DNA of 64,000 nucleotides from Eledone cirrhosa (lineage: Eukaryota), in NCBI GenBank assembly GCA_964016885.1, contig OZ024743.1:315828001-315892000 (forward strand), in the 5' to 3' direction. Below the pieces are notes generated by a model. It had not been told where the DNA came from. It saw only the letters and a list, made by a program, of their open reading frames with translations, and did no database searches. Every line of letters starts with the position of its first letter. Position 1 is the stretch's first letter. Of the stretch, positions 36,581-49,787 are shown piece by piece. The translations under genes and the position numbers were made by a program.

Positions 36581-37210
36581 TTATAGAGGCTGGATTCTTA
36601 TAGAATTCCAGTAATAATCAAGAACTGATTATACAGAGCGATTGCCGGTTCAGCAAAAATTAAAAATTAGGATTGGTGCTCTGAAATAGCGATGTATACA
36701 TGAATGTAAGTATAGTATACTTGCCAATATACCGTATGTTTAATTAAAAACATTTTGAAGACCTTGCGCTATCATTTTTAAAGTAGTGACTATGTCAGTT
36801 ACTTCTTTTTTCGGCAAAAGATTCTGTTTCAGCTGTTGGCGATCCTCAGGATTGGTGCTCTGAAATAGCGATGTATACATGAATGTATGTATAGTATATT
36901 TGGCAATTTTTTTATTTTTGCTGGACCGGCAATCGCTCTGTATAATCAGTTCTTGATTATTACTGGAATTCTATAAGAAACCAGCCTCTATAATGTACGA
37001 TGCTCTGAGGATCGCCAACAGCGTGAAACAGAATATGTCAGCTTCTTTCCCTTCTTTTGCCGAAAAAAGAAGTAAGTGACATATTCACTACTTTTGAAAA
37101 TGATAGCGCAAGGTCTTCAAAATGTTTTTAATTAGGCATACGGTATATTACCAAATATACTATACATACATTCATGCATACATCGCTATTTCAGAGCACC
37201 AATCCTAATT
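36581..37210. repeat. Interleaved inverted repeats A-B-b-A'-B'
   Basis: A 36581-36668 / A' 36905-36994; B 36665-36849 / B' 37005-37210; b is a direct partial copy of B at 36849-36905. Confidence 0.85.
37002..37042 (+). ncRNA. Candidate type I minimal hammerhead ribozyme
   Basis: GCT-CTGAGGA-TCGC CAACA GCGT-GAA-ACA GAATA TGT-C-AGC: intact core with a GUC cleavage triplet. Confidence 0.7.
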
Positions 37211-37235
37211 TAATTTATATATATATATATATGTG

Positions 37236-37310
<75 letters not shown>

Positions 37311-37326
37311 GGGGGTGCGCGCGCAC

Positions 37327-37380
<54 letters not shown>

Positions 37381-37400
37381 ATATAGATAGTGTATATATA

Positions 37401-37948
37401 TATATATCCAAAATTAAGATAAATCAAAATGATTTTAATCTAAATCAAAATTATGGGTGTCATGCCAGAAAGGCATGCGCCATATCACCCGTAAAATAAG
37501 CTCCAAGATTCTAATGAATAGGTCCGAGCATTTTATAACAACTAGAAATTGATTAACATATAAATAAACATATGAAACAATCACAGGGGATAATTTTTAC
37601 AAGTGTGTAAGCACACATAGCTAATTGGTGAAATATATTTCTTTAATGGAATATATACAGGGAAGATTAATCATATTATAAGGTATCTATCTTTGAAGTT
37701 CTAGTTAACTTTATTTAGTTACCTACCTAGCTATGTGTGCTTACACACTTGTAAAAATTATCCCCTGTGATTGTTTCATATGTTTATTTATATGTTAATT
37801 AATTTCTAGTTGTTATAAAATGCCCGGACCTATTTATTAGAATCTTGGAGCTTATTTTACGGGTGATATGGCGCATGCCTTTCTGACATTACACCCATAA
37901 TTTTGATTTAGATTAAATTCATTTTGATTTATCTTAATTTTGGATATA
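37401..37948. repeat. Fold-back inverted repeat (arms ~220 bp, spacer ~105 bp) after (TA)n
   Basis: 37401-37623 is the reverse complement of 37728-37948. Confidence 0.92.
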
Positions 37949-40129
37949 GATATATAAATACGGCACATAATCAATTGAATAGCTCTTGTATTTGATTATG
38001 CTTTAGCTAATTATACTTATATATTATATCAAAATTAATCAGTATAGATTACTTTCTATAGCAATCACATATATAGTTTAATTAAAAATTTATATAATTT
38101 AATTTAATTCAATATATATTATTATTTTTAATTTTAAGGTAAGATATTCTATAAATATTTTGTTACAACTTTAAAAGAATTAATCTTTTAAAAGAATTAA
38201 TATTTTGATTATGAGAATATTTTTCATTTGTTATTATTTTGAATAATATTAAAAACTCCACGAAAACTTCTTGTTGAGTGCTTCTAATCTATTGTAAAAT
38301 TGTATTCATTGAGTAATCAACGAACCATACTAATCTTTGGTTATATATATATATATATATACGATATTAACAAATGGAAACTATATTTATAAAATCATAT
38401 TTATTTCATTAGGAAACCAAGTTAAATTATGGTATGCCTTCATCAGACAAAATACAATATATATCAGTTTTACAAATAAGCATTGACGTACCCTTTGAAA
38501 ATGCGACCATTACTTTTGGAGAACATCAGGATAGTGGTTTGTTTATATTATTTTAGTAAGTCGTAGTGTTAGGGATAAGTACAAAAGACGGAGAGAGAGA
38601 GAAAAGCGTGGAGAAAAAACGGAGAGAGAGAGAAAAGCGTGGAGAAAAAGGGAGAGATAAATAAAGAAAAAGATGAAAGAAAAGAAGAAAAAAAGAAAAA
38701 ATAAGAAAACAGAGGAAAGCAACAGAGAGATATCAAACCATCAGACAGAGAGAAAAAACTCAAGAGAGAGAAATAAGAGATAGAGAGAGAGGGAGAGAAC
38801 GAAAACCTTAAGTCATGTCATATTAAGTTGAGTTACCAATTGAGATGAAATGAATAAATGAATAAACATATATACATATATGAAGAGAGAGAGATTCTCT
38901 CGTAATCTCATCGAATATCGAAATAACGGTACACGAGTGCAACAAACCCAAGTCTACCACAATATACAATCATTCAATTATGAGAACACAACGTTTAACA
39001 ACCAATATATATGCGTATGTCGGGGGGGGGGCGAGTGTGCGTGCTTGTGTGTGTGTAAGTGTGCGAGCGTGTGTATGTGTGTGCGTGTGAAATGTAAACC
39101 GAAAAAACACAGCAGGCGATGAAGTGCAAGATATATATTAGTTTCACGCTTAATATAGTAGGAAAATATTTAACTTTTCGGACGCTAGTCTTTCATCAGA
39201 AAATAGAATGAGAACTTAAAGAAGAAATAGAATTATAGAGGAGAGTGAACAGGGGCAGAAACGAAAAACGTTTCTTCGAGAAAAGGCAGGTCTGTTTATT
39301 TCGCCATCTTTATATATGCATATATTATACAACGGGCATCCGTATAGATTCCGTCTTCTATATTTTCTTCACAACTTATTAGCCACCCCGATTCTATAGA
39401 AGAAGACACTGTTACAGAATGGGTCTGAACTGAAAATCACATGATTGCTAAGCGAATTACTTAACCACAGAGCTATACATCTGATAATATTTCATCATAT
39501 ATTGATATTTCTTATCAACGTGGAAAGAAAATAAAAAATAAAAAAAGTTTGTTTTTTCGGTGCTCATTTACACCAACTGAAAGGCTTGTTCACATGTCAT
39601 TTTGATATCTTTAGATTTATCTGATCAAGACAAAAATACAAGAACACAAGAAGACAAGAATTCCTTTCTTTTATTCTTATCTGTTCTGCAATAATTTACT
39701 CGACTTTAATTTTCTCTATGCCAAGTATAAAGATATAAATATACAAAGTAACTGAATCAAGCAATTTCCATTCTCTTGTTTGCTTACCAAAAACTTTCAT
39801 CGTTTAAAATAAACACATGAGACGTGTGAATATATCTGTTCTCTGTCAATGTCTGCTCAGATATTTCGTATTTTATCTTATAAATATATATATATATATA
39901 TATATGAGTGTGCGTGTGTTGTCTGTCTGTGTGCCTGCGTGTAAATGAGTGTGTGTGTGAGTATGGGTGTATATGTGTGAGTGCGTCCGTGTGTGTGTGT
40001 GCAGCTATGCTAGTACTAAAAAATATCTCCTTTGTTTTTCTGTTGCTTTTTTTTTCTTTGTTGTCTTTTCTTCTACTGTTTTTGTTGAGGTTGTTGGAGA
40101 TGAGCCCCAAACAATTATCATAAAAATAA

Positions 40130-40438
40130 GGGATTGCCCTGGATAGGTTTGAGCCGAGGAACTAACGAGATACCATCATCGTAAAAAGGCGAAGATACTT
40201 GGCCACCTGCAACGAATGCCCCAAAAGACCGAATATAAGCCACTGTCGAGTGGCGGGCACAGTGATTGGGTCAGATGTAGGAAGTAAGGCAGACATGATT
40301 GAGGAATGTAGAGAAGGACCTGACAGACATTGACTTGGTCTGGAATCAATCTCGTAACAGGGCTTCCAGCCATGATGGTGGGGGAGCAGACTTCACGACA
40401 GTCAATACTCCATCATGAGCAGAAATATCTAAATTAAT
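40130..40438 (+). pseudogene. Old LINE (RTE-like) 3' fragment
   Basis: RRRYLGHLQRMP...RNVEKDL resembles the RTE C-terminal W.GH..RM motif. Confidence 0.45.
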
Positions 40439-40879
40439 TGACGTTGTTGTTGTTGTTGTTGTTGTTAATTTAAGTTTTCGATTCAAACATAGTGTGTTTG
40501 TATTCTTTGTCGTTTGGTCGATTCCTTCCACTGGTTCTATTGTAAACTTTCCACACTCCAGAATTCGGCATAACCAGTTTAGTTATCCACGAGATTTCCT
40601 TAATTCATAATTTTCTTAATAAAATATTTTTTTTATGAAATTTTGCAGCAATATCAATTCGAAGGTATCGATCACAATTCTATTCACATATATGTAAATG
40701 TTTATTTGGTTAGTTTCAAATTAAAACCGAAACATAACATTTTCAGCTTTATATAGATCCGTCCATTCATTTTTACTGAATACATGCCAGCTATGATTGC
40801 AGGAGGATAAACGTAATGTAAAATATTGTAAATGCAAAAAAAAAAAATATTAAAAGAAATAATAAAACGCATTCTTATT

Positions 40880-40953
40880 TGGCCAAAATGGCGACCGAAC
40901 CCAGGACATTTGCGTTGTTAAGACTACGCTCTAACCAGCTGAAGGAACCGGTC
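40880..40953 (-). pseudogene. Decayed tRNA-Ile-derived pseudogene at the array edge
   Basis: Aligns with the array tRNAs with many substitutions; anticodon position reads AAC. Confidence 0.7.
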
Positions 40954-41799
40954 AGTCAGTTCTACCCGATAAAATTTAGATTGATATTGTCCCCTGAAGA
41001 TCAAAGGATTTCCCTTTGGTTCCTATTTCTATCAGTCTGAGGACTATTTACAAAACAGGCGAAAAGATCCTACATATAAAAATATATTTGGTATACTTAT
41101 ACTTATACTTATATTTTCTAAACAGTCCTTTTAATTATAACTACAATCTTGTGTTATTGAGGGTAGACTCGGTTCCTATTTCTATCAGTCTGAGGACTAT
41201 TTACAAAACAGGCGAAAAGATCCTACATATAAAAATATATTTAAAACGTAAAATTTTAGAAAATAGATTACAAGAAACATTTCTTGATAGTGTACGTAGC
41301 TGGGAGGTCAGAGGGTCACAACTGGTAGAGTCAGTACTTCTTCGAATTGAGAGATCACAGCTCCGATAATATGGGCATGTGGTTTTACAGGCAAATCCTA
41401 CCGACTGCAGATGTTTGGATGATATCTATAAGTTTGGCTTTTCTCGCTTGGGGATCCAGTTGGAGGCGGTTGCTTCTGACAGGACCCACTGGAAGGTGTG
41501 TTGGAGGACTCTACCTTCACGACCCTCTTTAGAATAAATGTGCGAAGAAGAAGATGAAGAGATATTAGAAGTAGGATACAATAAAGTTTCACTTTAAAAT
41601 ATTTCATTACATTTATCGAACTTTACATGTTTCACAGATGATCGAAAAGCGAACTTAAAGTTTTCAGCCTTGTATAATTCCGTCCGTTAGTTTTTACTGA
41701 ATATATTCCATCTGTCTTTGTAGGAGGATTAACGCAATGTAAAACATTGTAAATTTAGAAAGAAAAAAGAAATCGGAATAATGAAATCTCATAGACATT

Positions 41800-41873
41800 T
41801 GGCCAGTATGGGGCTCGAACCCACGACATTCGCGTTATTAGCACGACACGCTAACCAACTGAGCAAACCGGCC
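41800..41873 (-). tRNA. tRNA-Ile(AAT), slot A, D-arm substitutions (possible pseudogene)
   Basis: Cloverleaf; position 9 and D-stem changes. Confidence 0.6.
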
Positions 41874-42240
41874 TAACTATACATCTCCATAAAATTACAC
41901 AATTATTACAATAACTACCACAATAGGGAAAGGTAATGAAATTATGTGAAGTTATTACTATAGATAATAGGGATAGATATAGATCGATAATGTCCCCTAA
42001 AGATCAAAGGATTTCCAGATATTACTTACTTTGGTATACTTATATATAGGTTTACATTTTCTAAACTGTCCTTTTAATTATGACTACGATCTGCTGTTAT
42101 TGAGGGTAGACTTAGTATCCAAAATGGTTTTCAGTCTGGTAGAAATAGGAACCATTTAAAATGAGGTGAAAAGATCTTACATATAAAAATATTTTTAAAA
42201 TATAAAATTTTAGAAAATAGAATAAAAGAAATATTGCTTA

Positions 42241-42314
42241 TGGCCAGTATGGGGCTCGAACCCATGACATTCGCGTTATTAACACGACGCTCTAACCAAC
42301 TGAGCTAACCGGCC
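42241..42314 (-). tRNA. tRNA-Ile(AAT), slot B variant
   Basis: Cloverleaf, anticodon loop TTAATAA, TTTT terminator downstream. Confidence 0.8.
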
Positions 42315-42512
42315 TACCGCTTGCGACGCATTCAAAATAATGAGCACAAGCCATCAACTATGTACGTGGTCTGTAGTGTTAGTTAACTTATAATTCTGTA
42401 TTTAATACCTGGTCACCTTGTTACATGTTAACTTTTTTTTATAATATATTTTTCTTGTTGTTTGGAGGAAACTGAGAATTCCGTTGGTGGGGTGGAATTG
42501 TCTGAAACAGTT

Positions 42513-42586
42513 TGACTCATTTGGTGTCCGAACCCCAAACCTTTTCGTTATTAACACGATTCTCTAATTACCTGAGCTCACTGGAC
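42513..42586 (-). pseudogene. Third, degenerate tRNA-Ile copy (slot C; recurs in every unit)
   Basis: GTCCAGT.AGCTCAGGTAATTAGAGAATCGTG.TAATAACG...GGGGTTCGGACACC; anticodon and acceptor stems broken. Confidence 0.75.
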
Positions 42587-42674
42587 AGATATTTAGGTCG
42601 CCATGGAGATAAATAATTAACAGAAACTATCAATTATTTATATTATATATATTTGAAGTAATTAAAACAAGCAT

Positions 42675-43054
42675 CCAAAATTGGGTTCCTCCGAAATTCC
42701 TTTAGAGTGACGTTACTTGATTGATAGTGTACGTAGCTCGGAGATCAGAGGGTCACAACTGGTAGAGTCAGTACTTCTTCGAATTGAGAGATCACAGCTC
42801 CGATAATATGGGCATGTGGTTAGAATGTCTCAAGAAAGAATCACTGGACAGATTTTACAGACAAAACCTACAGACAGCAGAACCAGGAGTAGACCTTGTG
42901 CAAGATGGTTGGATGATATCTATGAGTTTGGCTTGTCTCGCTTGGGAATCCAGTTGGAGGCGGTTGTTTCTGACAGGACCCACTGGAAGGTGTGTTGGAG
43001 GACTCTACCTTCACGACCCTCTTTGGAATAAATGTGCGAAGAAGAAGATGAAGA
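42675..43054 (+). mobile_element. RTE LINE 3' fragment inside the repeat unit (recurs in every unit; partial copy at ~41284-41560)
   Basis: Homologous to ~28165-28506 (RIERSQLR.YGHVVRMSQER...DRTHWK); ends in GAAGAAGAAGATGAAGA. Confidence 0.85.
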
Positions 43055-43292
43055 GATATTAGAAGTAGCATACAATAAAGTTTCACTTTAAAATATTTCA
43101 TTACATTTATCGAACTTTACATGTTTCACAGATTATCGAAAAGCGAACTTAAAGTTTTCAGCCTTGTATAATTCCGTCCGTTAGTTTTTACTGAATATAT
43201 TCCATCTGTCTTTGTAGGAGGATTAACGCAATGCAAAACATTGTAAATTTAGAAAGAAAAAAGAAATCAGAGTAATTAAAACTACTTGCATT

Positions 43293-43366
43293 TGGCCAGT
43301 ATGGAGCTCGAACCCACGACATTCGCGTTATTAGCACGACACTCTAACCAACTGAGCTAACCGGCT
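43293..43366 (-). tRNA. tRNA-Ile(AAT), slot A (G1A)
   Basis: Cloverleaf, CTAATAA loop. Confidence 0.72.
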
Positions 43367-43734
43367 TAACGATACATCTCCATACAATTACACAATTATT
43401 ACAATAACTACCACAATAGAGAAAGATAATGAAGTTATGTGAAGTTATTACTATAGATGATAGGGATAAATATAGATTGATAATGTCCCCTAAAGATCAA
43501 AGGATTTCCAGGTATTACCTACTTTGGTATACTTATATATAGGTTTACATTTTCTAAACTGTCATTTTAATTATGACTACGATCTGGTGTTATTTAGGGT
43601 AGACTTGGTTCCTATTTCTATCAGACGGAAAACCATTTTGGATACTATTTACAAAAGAGGTGAAAAGATCCCACATATAAAAATATTTTTAAAACGTAAA
43701 ATTTTAGAAAATAGAATAAAAGAAACATTGCTTA

Positions 43735-43808
43735 TGGCCAGTATGGGGGTCGAACCCACGACATTCGCGTTATTAGCACGACGCTCTAACCAACTGAGCT
43801 AACCGGCC
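43735..43808 (-). tRNA. tRNA-Ile(AAT), slot B
   Basis: GGCCGGTTAGCTCAGTTGGTTAGAGCGTCGTGCTAATAACGCGAATGTCGTGGGTTCGACCCCCATACTGGCCA; TTTT terminator. Confidence 0.93.
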
Positions 43809-44784
43809 TACCTCTTTCGTCGTCTCCAAAATAATGAGCACAAGCCATCAACTATGTACGTGGTCTGTAGTGTTAGTTAAATTATAATTCTGTATTTAAT
43901 ACCTGGTCACCTTGTCACACGTTAACTTTTTTTTATAATATATTTTTCTTGTTGTTTGGAGGAAACTGAGAATTCCGTTGGTGGGGTGGAATTGTCTGAA
44001 ACAGTTTGACCCCATTTGGTGTCCGAACCCCAAACCTTTATGTTATTAGCACGATTCTCTAATAACCTGAGCTAACTGGACAGATATTTAGGTCGCCATG
44101 GAGATAAATAATTAACAGAAACTATCAATTATTTATATTATATATATTTGAAGTAATTAAAACAAGCATCCAAAATTGGGTTCCTCCGAAATTCAGTTAG
44201 AGTGACGTTACTTGATTGATAGTGTACGTAGCTCGGAGATCTGAGGGTCACAACTGGTAGAGTCAGTACTTCTTCGAATTGAGAGATCACAGCTCCGATA
44301 ATATGGGCATGTGGTTAGAATGTCTCAAGAAAGAATCACTGGACAGATTTTACAGACAAAACCTACAGACAGCAGACCCAGGAGTAGACCTTGTGCAAGA
44401 TGGTTGGATGATATCTATGAGTTTGGCTTGTCTCGCTTGGGAATCCAGTTGGAGGCGGTTGCTTCTGACAGGACCCACTGGAAGGTGTGTTGGAGGACTC
44501 TACCTTCACGACCCTCTTTAGAATAAATGTGCGAAGAAGATGAAGAGATATTAGAAGTAGGATACAATAAAGTTTCACTTTAAAATATTTCATTACATTT
44601 ATCGAACTTTACATGTTTCACAGATGATCAAAAAGCGAACTTAAAGTTTTCAGCCTTGTATAATTCCGTCCGTTAGTTTTTACTGAATATATTCCATCTG
44701 TCTTTGTAGGAGGATTAACGCAATGCAAAACATTGTAAATTTAGAAAGAAAAAAGAAATCAGAGTAATTAAAACTAATGGCATT

Positions 44785-44858
44785 TGGCCAGTATGGGGAT
44801 CGAACCCACGACATTCGCGTTATTAGCACGACACTCTAACCAACTGAGCTAACCGGCC
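44785..44858 (-). tRNA. tRNA-Ile(AAT), slot A
   Basis: Cloverleaf, intact A and B boxes. Confidence 0.87.
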
Positions 44859-45226
44859 TAACGATACATCTCCTTAAAATTACACAATTATTACAATAAA
44901 TACCACAATAGAGAAAGATAATGAAGTTATGTGAAGTTATTACTATAGATAATAGGGATAAATATAGATTGATAATGTCCCCTAAAGATCAAAGGATTTC
45001 CAGGTATTACCTACTTTGGTATACTTATATATAGGTTTACATTTTCTAAAATGTCCTTTTAATTATGACTACGATCTGGTGTTATTGAGGGTAGACTTGG
45101 TTCCTATTTCTATCAGACGGAAAACCATTTTGGATACTATTTACAAAAGAGGTGAAAAGATCCCACATATAAAAATATTTTTAAAACGTAAAATTTTAGA
45201 AAATAGAATAAAAGAAACATTGCTTA

Positions 45227-45300
45227 TGGCCAGTATGGGGGTCGAACCCACGACATTCGCGTTATTAGCACGACGCTCTAACCAACTGAGCTAACCGGCC
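45227..45300 (-). tRNA. tRNA-Ile(AAT), slot B
   Basis: Canonical cloverleaf. Confidence 0.93.
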
Positions 45301-46279
45301 TACCTCTTTCGTCGTCTCCAAAATAATGAGCACAAGCCATCAACTATGTACGTGGTCTGTAGTGTTAGTTAAATTATAATTCTGTATTTAATACCTGGTC
45401 ACCTTGTTACATGTTAACTTTTTTTTATAATATATTTTTCTTGTTGTTTGGAGGAAACTGAGAATTCCGTTGGTGGGGTGGAATTGTCTGAAACAGTTTG
45501 ACCCCATTTGGTGTCCGAACCCCAAACCTTTACGTTATTAGCACGATTCTCTAATTACCTGAGCTAACTGGACAGATATTTAGGTCGCCATGGAGATAAA
45601 TAATTAACAGAAACTATCAATTATTTATATTATATATATTTGAAGTAATTAAAACAAGCATCCAAAATTGGGTTCCTCCGAAATTCCTTTAGAGTGACGT
45701 TACTTGATTGATAGTGTACGTAGCTCGGAGATCAGAGGGTCACAACTGGTAGAGTCAGTACTTCTTCGAATTGAGAGATCACAGCTCCGATAATATGGGC
45801 ATGTGGTTAGAATGTCTCAAGAAAGAATCACTGGACAGATTTTACAGACAAAACCTACAGACAGCAGACCCAGGAGTAGACCTTGTGCAAGATGGTTGGA
45901 TGATATCTATCGGTTTGGCTTGTCTCGCTTGGGAATCCAGTTGGAGGCGGTTGCTTCTGACAGGACCCACTGGAAGGTGTGTTGGAGGACTCTACCTTCA
46001 CGACCCTCTTTGGAATAAATGTGTGAAGAAGAAGATGAAGAGATATTAGAAGTAGCATACAATAAATTTTCACTTTAAAATATTTCATTACATTTATCGA
46101 ACTTTACATGTTTCACAGATGATCGAAAAGCGAACTTAAAGTTTTCAGCCTTGTATAATTCCGTCCGTTAGTTTTTACTGAATATATTCCATCTGTCTTT
46201 GTAGGAGGATTAACGCAATGCAAAACATTGTAAATTTAGAAAGAAAAAAGGAATCAGGGTAATTAAAACTAATGGCATT

Positions 46280-46353
46280 TGGCCAGTATGGGGCTCGAAC
46301 CTACGACATTCGCGTTATTAGCACGACACTCTAACCAACTGAGCTAACCGGCC
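46280..46353 (-). tRNA. tRNA-Ile(AAT), slot A (T-stem mismatch)
   Basis: Cloverleaf. Confidence 0.78.
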
Positions 46354-46721
46354 TAACGATACATCTCCATAAAATTACACAATTATTACAATAACTACCA
46401 CAATAGGGAAAGATAATGAAGTTATGTGAAGTTATTACTATAGATAATAGGGATAAATATAGATTGATAATGTCCCCTAAAGATCAAAGGATTTCCAGGT
46501 ATTACCTACTTTGGTATACTTATATATAGGTTTACATTTTCTAAAATGTCCTTTTAATTATGACTACGATCTGGTGTTATTTAGGGTAGACTTGGTTCCT
46601 ATTTCTATCAGACGGAAAACCATTTTGGATACTATTTACAAAAGAGGTGAAAAGATCCCACATATAAAAATATTTTTAAAACATAAAATTTAAGAAAATA
46701 GAATAAAAGGGACATTGATTA

Positions 46722-46795
46722 TGGCCAGTATGGGGCTCGAACCCACGACATTCGCGTTATTAGCACGACGCTCTAACCAACTGAGCTAACCGGCC
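46722..46795 (-). tRNA. tRNA-Ile(AAT), slot B
   Basis: Canonical cloverleaf. Confidence 0.93.
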
Positions 46796-47775
46796 TAACT
46801 CTTTCATCGTCTCCAAAATAATGAGCACAAGCCATCAACTATGTACGTGGTCTGTAGTGTGAGTTAAATTATAATTCTGTATATAACACCTTGTCACCTT
46901 GTCACATGTTAACTTTTTTTTATAATATATTTTTCTTGTTGTTTGGAGGAAACTGAGAATTCCGTTGGTGGGATGGAATTGTCTGAAACCATTTGACCCC
47001 ATTTGGTGTCCGAACCCCAAACCTTTACGTTATTAGCACGATTCTCTAATTACTTGAGCTAACTGGACAGATATTTAGGTCGCCATGGAGATAAATAATT
47101 AACAGAAACTATCAATTATTTATATTATATATATTTGAAGTAATTAAAACAAGCATCCAAAATTGGGTTCCTCCGAAATTCCTTTAGAGTGACGTTACTT
47201 GATTGATAGTGTACGTAGCTCGGAGATCAGAGGGTCACAACTGGTAGAGTCAGTACTTCTTCGAATTGAGAGATCACAGCTCCGATAATATGGGCATGTG
47301 GTTAGAATGTCTCAAGAAAGAATCACTGGACAGACTTTACAGACAAAACCTACAGACAGCAGAACCAGGAGTAGACCTTGTGCAAGATGGTTGGATGATA
47401 TCTATGAGTTTGGCTTGTCTCGCTTGGGAATCCAGTTGGAGGCGGTTGCTTCTGACAGGACCCACTGGAAGGTGTGTTGGAGGACTCTACCTTCACGACC
47501 CTCTTTGGAATAAATGTGCGAAGAAGAAGATGAAGAGATATTAGAAGTAGGATACAATAAAGTTTCACTTTAAAATATTTCATTACATTTATCGAACTTT
47601 TACATGTTTCACAGATGATCGAAAAGCGAACTTAAAGTTTTCAGCCTTGTATAATTCCGTCCGTTAGTTTTTACTGAATATATTCCATCTGTCTTTGTAG
47701 GAGGATTAACGCAATGCAAAACATTGTAAATTTAGAAAGAAAAAAGAAATCAGAGTAATTAAAACTACTAGCATT

Positions 47776-47849
47776 TGGCCAGTATGGAGCTCGAACCCAC
47801 GACATTCGCGTTATTTGCACGGCACTCTAACCAACTGAGCTAACCGGCC
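47776..47849 (-). tRNA. tRNA-Ile(AAT), slot A, U33A/U27C variant
   Basis: Anticodon loop CAAATAA. Confidence 0.6.
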
Positions 47850-48217
47850 TAACGATACATCTCCATAAAATTTCACAATTATTACAATAACTACCACAAT
47901 AGGGAAAGATAATGAAGTTATGTGAAGTTATTACTATAGATAATAGGGATAAATATAGATTGATAATGTCCCTAAAAGATCAAAGGATTTCCAGGTATTA
48001 CCTACTTTGGTATACTTATATATAGGTTTACATTTTCTAAACTGTCCTTTTAATTATGACTACGATCTGGTGTTATTGAGGGTAGACTTGGTTCCTATTT
48101 CTATCAGACGGAAAACCATTTAGGATACTATTTACAAAAGAGGTGAAAAGATCCCACATCTAAAAATATTTTTAAAACGTAAAATTTAAGAAAATAGAAT
48201 AAAAGAAACATTGCTTA

Positions 48218-48291
48218 TGGCCAGTATAGGGGTCGAACCCACGACATTCGCGTTATTAGCACGACGCTCTAACCAACTGAGCTAACTGGCC
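48218..48291 (-). tRNA. tRNA-Ile(AAT), slot B
   Basis: Cloverleaf. Confidence 0.88.
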
Positions 48292-49271
48292 TACCTCTTT
48301 CGCCGTCTCCAAAATAATGAGCACAAGCCATCAACTATGTACGTGGTCTGTAGTGTTAGTTAACTTATAATTCTGTATTTAATACCTGGTCACCTTGTCA
48401 CATGTTAACTTTTTTTTATAATATATTTTTCTTGTTGTTTGGAGGAAACTGAGAATTCCGTTGGTGGGGTGGAATTGTCTGAAACCATTTGACCCCATTT
48501 GGTGTCCGAACCCCAAACCTTTACGTTATTAGCACGATTCTCTAATTACCTGAGCTAACTGGACAGATATTTAGGTCGCCATGGAGATAAATAATTAACA
48601 GAAACTATCAATTATTTATATTATATATATTTGAAGTAATTAAAACAAGCATCCAAAATTGGGTTCCTCCGAAATTCCTTTAGAGTGACGTTACTTGATT
48701 GATAGTGTACGTAGCTCGGAGATCAGAGGGTCACAACTGGTAGAGTCAGTACTTCTTCGAATTGAGAGATCACAGCTCCGATAATATGGGCATGTGGTTA
48801 GAATGTCTCAAGAAAGAATCACTGGACAGATTTTACAGACAAAACCTACAGACAGCAGACCCAGGAGTAGACCTTGTGCAAGATGGTTGGATGATATCTA
48901 TGAGTTTGGCTTGTCTCGCTTGGAAATCCAGTTGGAGGCGGTTGCTTCTGACAGGACCCACTGGAAGGTGTGTTGGAGGACTCTACCTTCACGACCCTCT
49001 TTGGAATAAATGTGCGAAGAAGAAGATGAAGAGATATTAGAAGTAGGATACAATAAAGTTTCACTTTAAAATATTTCATTACATTTATCGAACTTTTACA
49101 TGTTTCACAGATTATCGAAAAGCGAACTTAAAGTTTTCAGCCTTGTATAATTCCGTCCGTTAGTTTTTACTGAATATATTCCATCTGTCTTTGTAGGAGG
49201 ATTAACGCAATGCAAAACATTGTAAATTTAGAAAGAAAAAAGAAATCAGAGTAATTAAAACTACTTGCATT

Positions 49272-49345
49272 TGGCCAGTATGGAGCTCGAACCCACGACA
49301 TTCGCGTTATTTGCACGGCACTCTAACCAACTGAGCTAACCGGCC
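49272..49345 (-). tRNA. tRNA-Ile(AAT), slot A, U33A/U27C variant
   Basis: Anticodon loop CAAATAA. Confidence 0.6.
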
Positions 49346-49713
49346 TAACGATACATCTCCATAAAATTTCACAATTATTACAATAACTACCACAATAGGG
49401 AAAGATAATGAATTTATGTGAAGTTATTACTATAGATAATAGGGATAAATATAGATTGATAATGTCCCTAAAAGATCAAAGGATTTCCAGGTATTACCTA
49501 CTTTGGTATACTTATATATAGGTTTACATTTTCTAAACTGTCCTTTTAATTATGACTACGATCTGGTGTTATTGAGGGTAGACTTGGTTCCTATTTCTAT
49601 CAGACGGAAAACCATTTAGGATACTATTTACAAAAGAGGTGAAAAGATCCCACATCTAAAAATATTTTTAAAACGTAAAATTTAAGAAAATAGAATAAAA
49701 GAAACATTGCTTA

Positions 49714-49787
49714 TGGCCAGTATGGGGCTCGAACCCACGACATTCGCGTTATTAGCACGACGCTCTAACCAACTGAGCTAACTGGCC
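49714..49787 (-). tRNA. tRNA-Ile(AAT), slot B
   Basis: Canonical cloverleaf. Confidence 0.92.
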
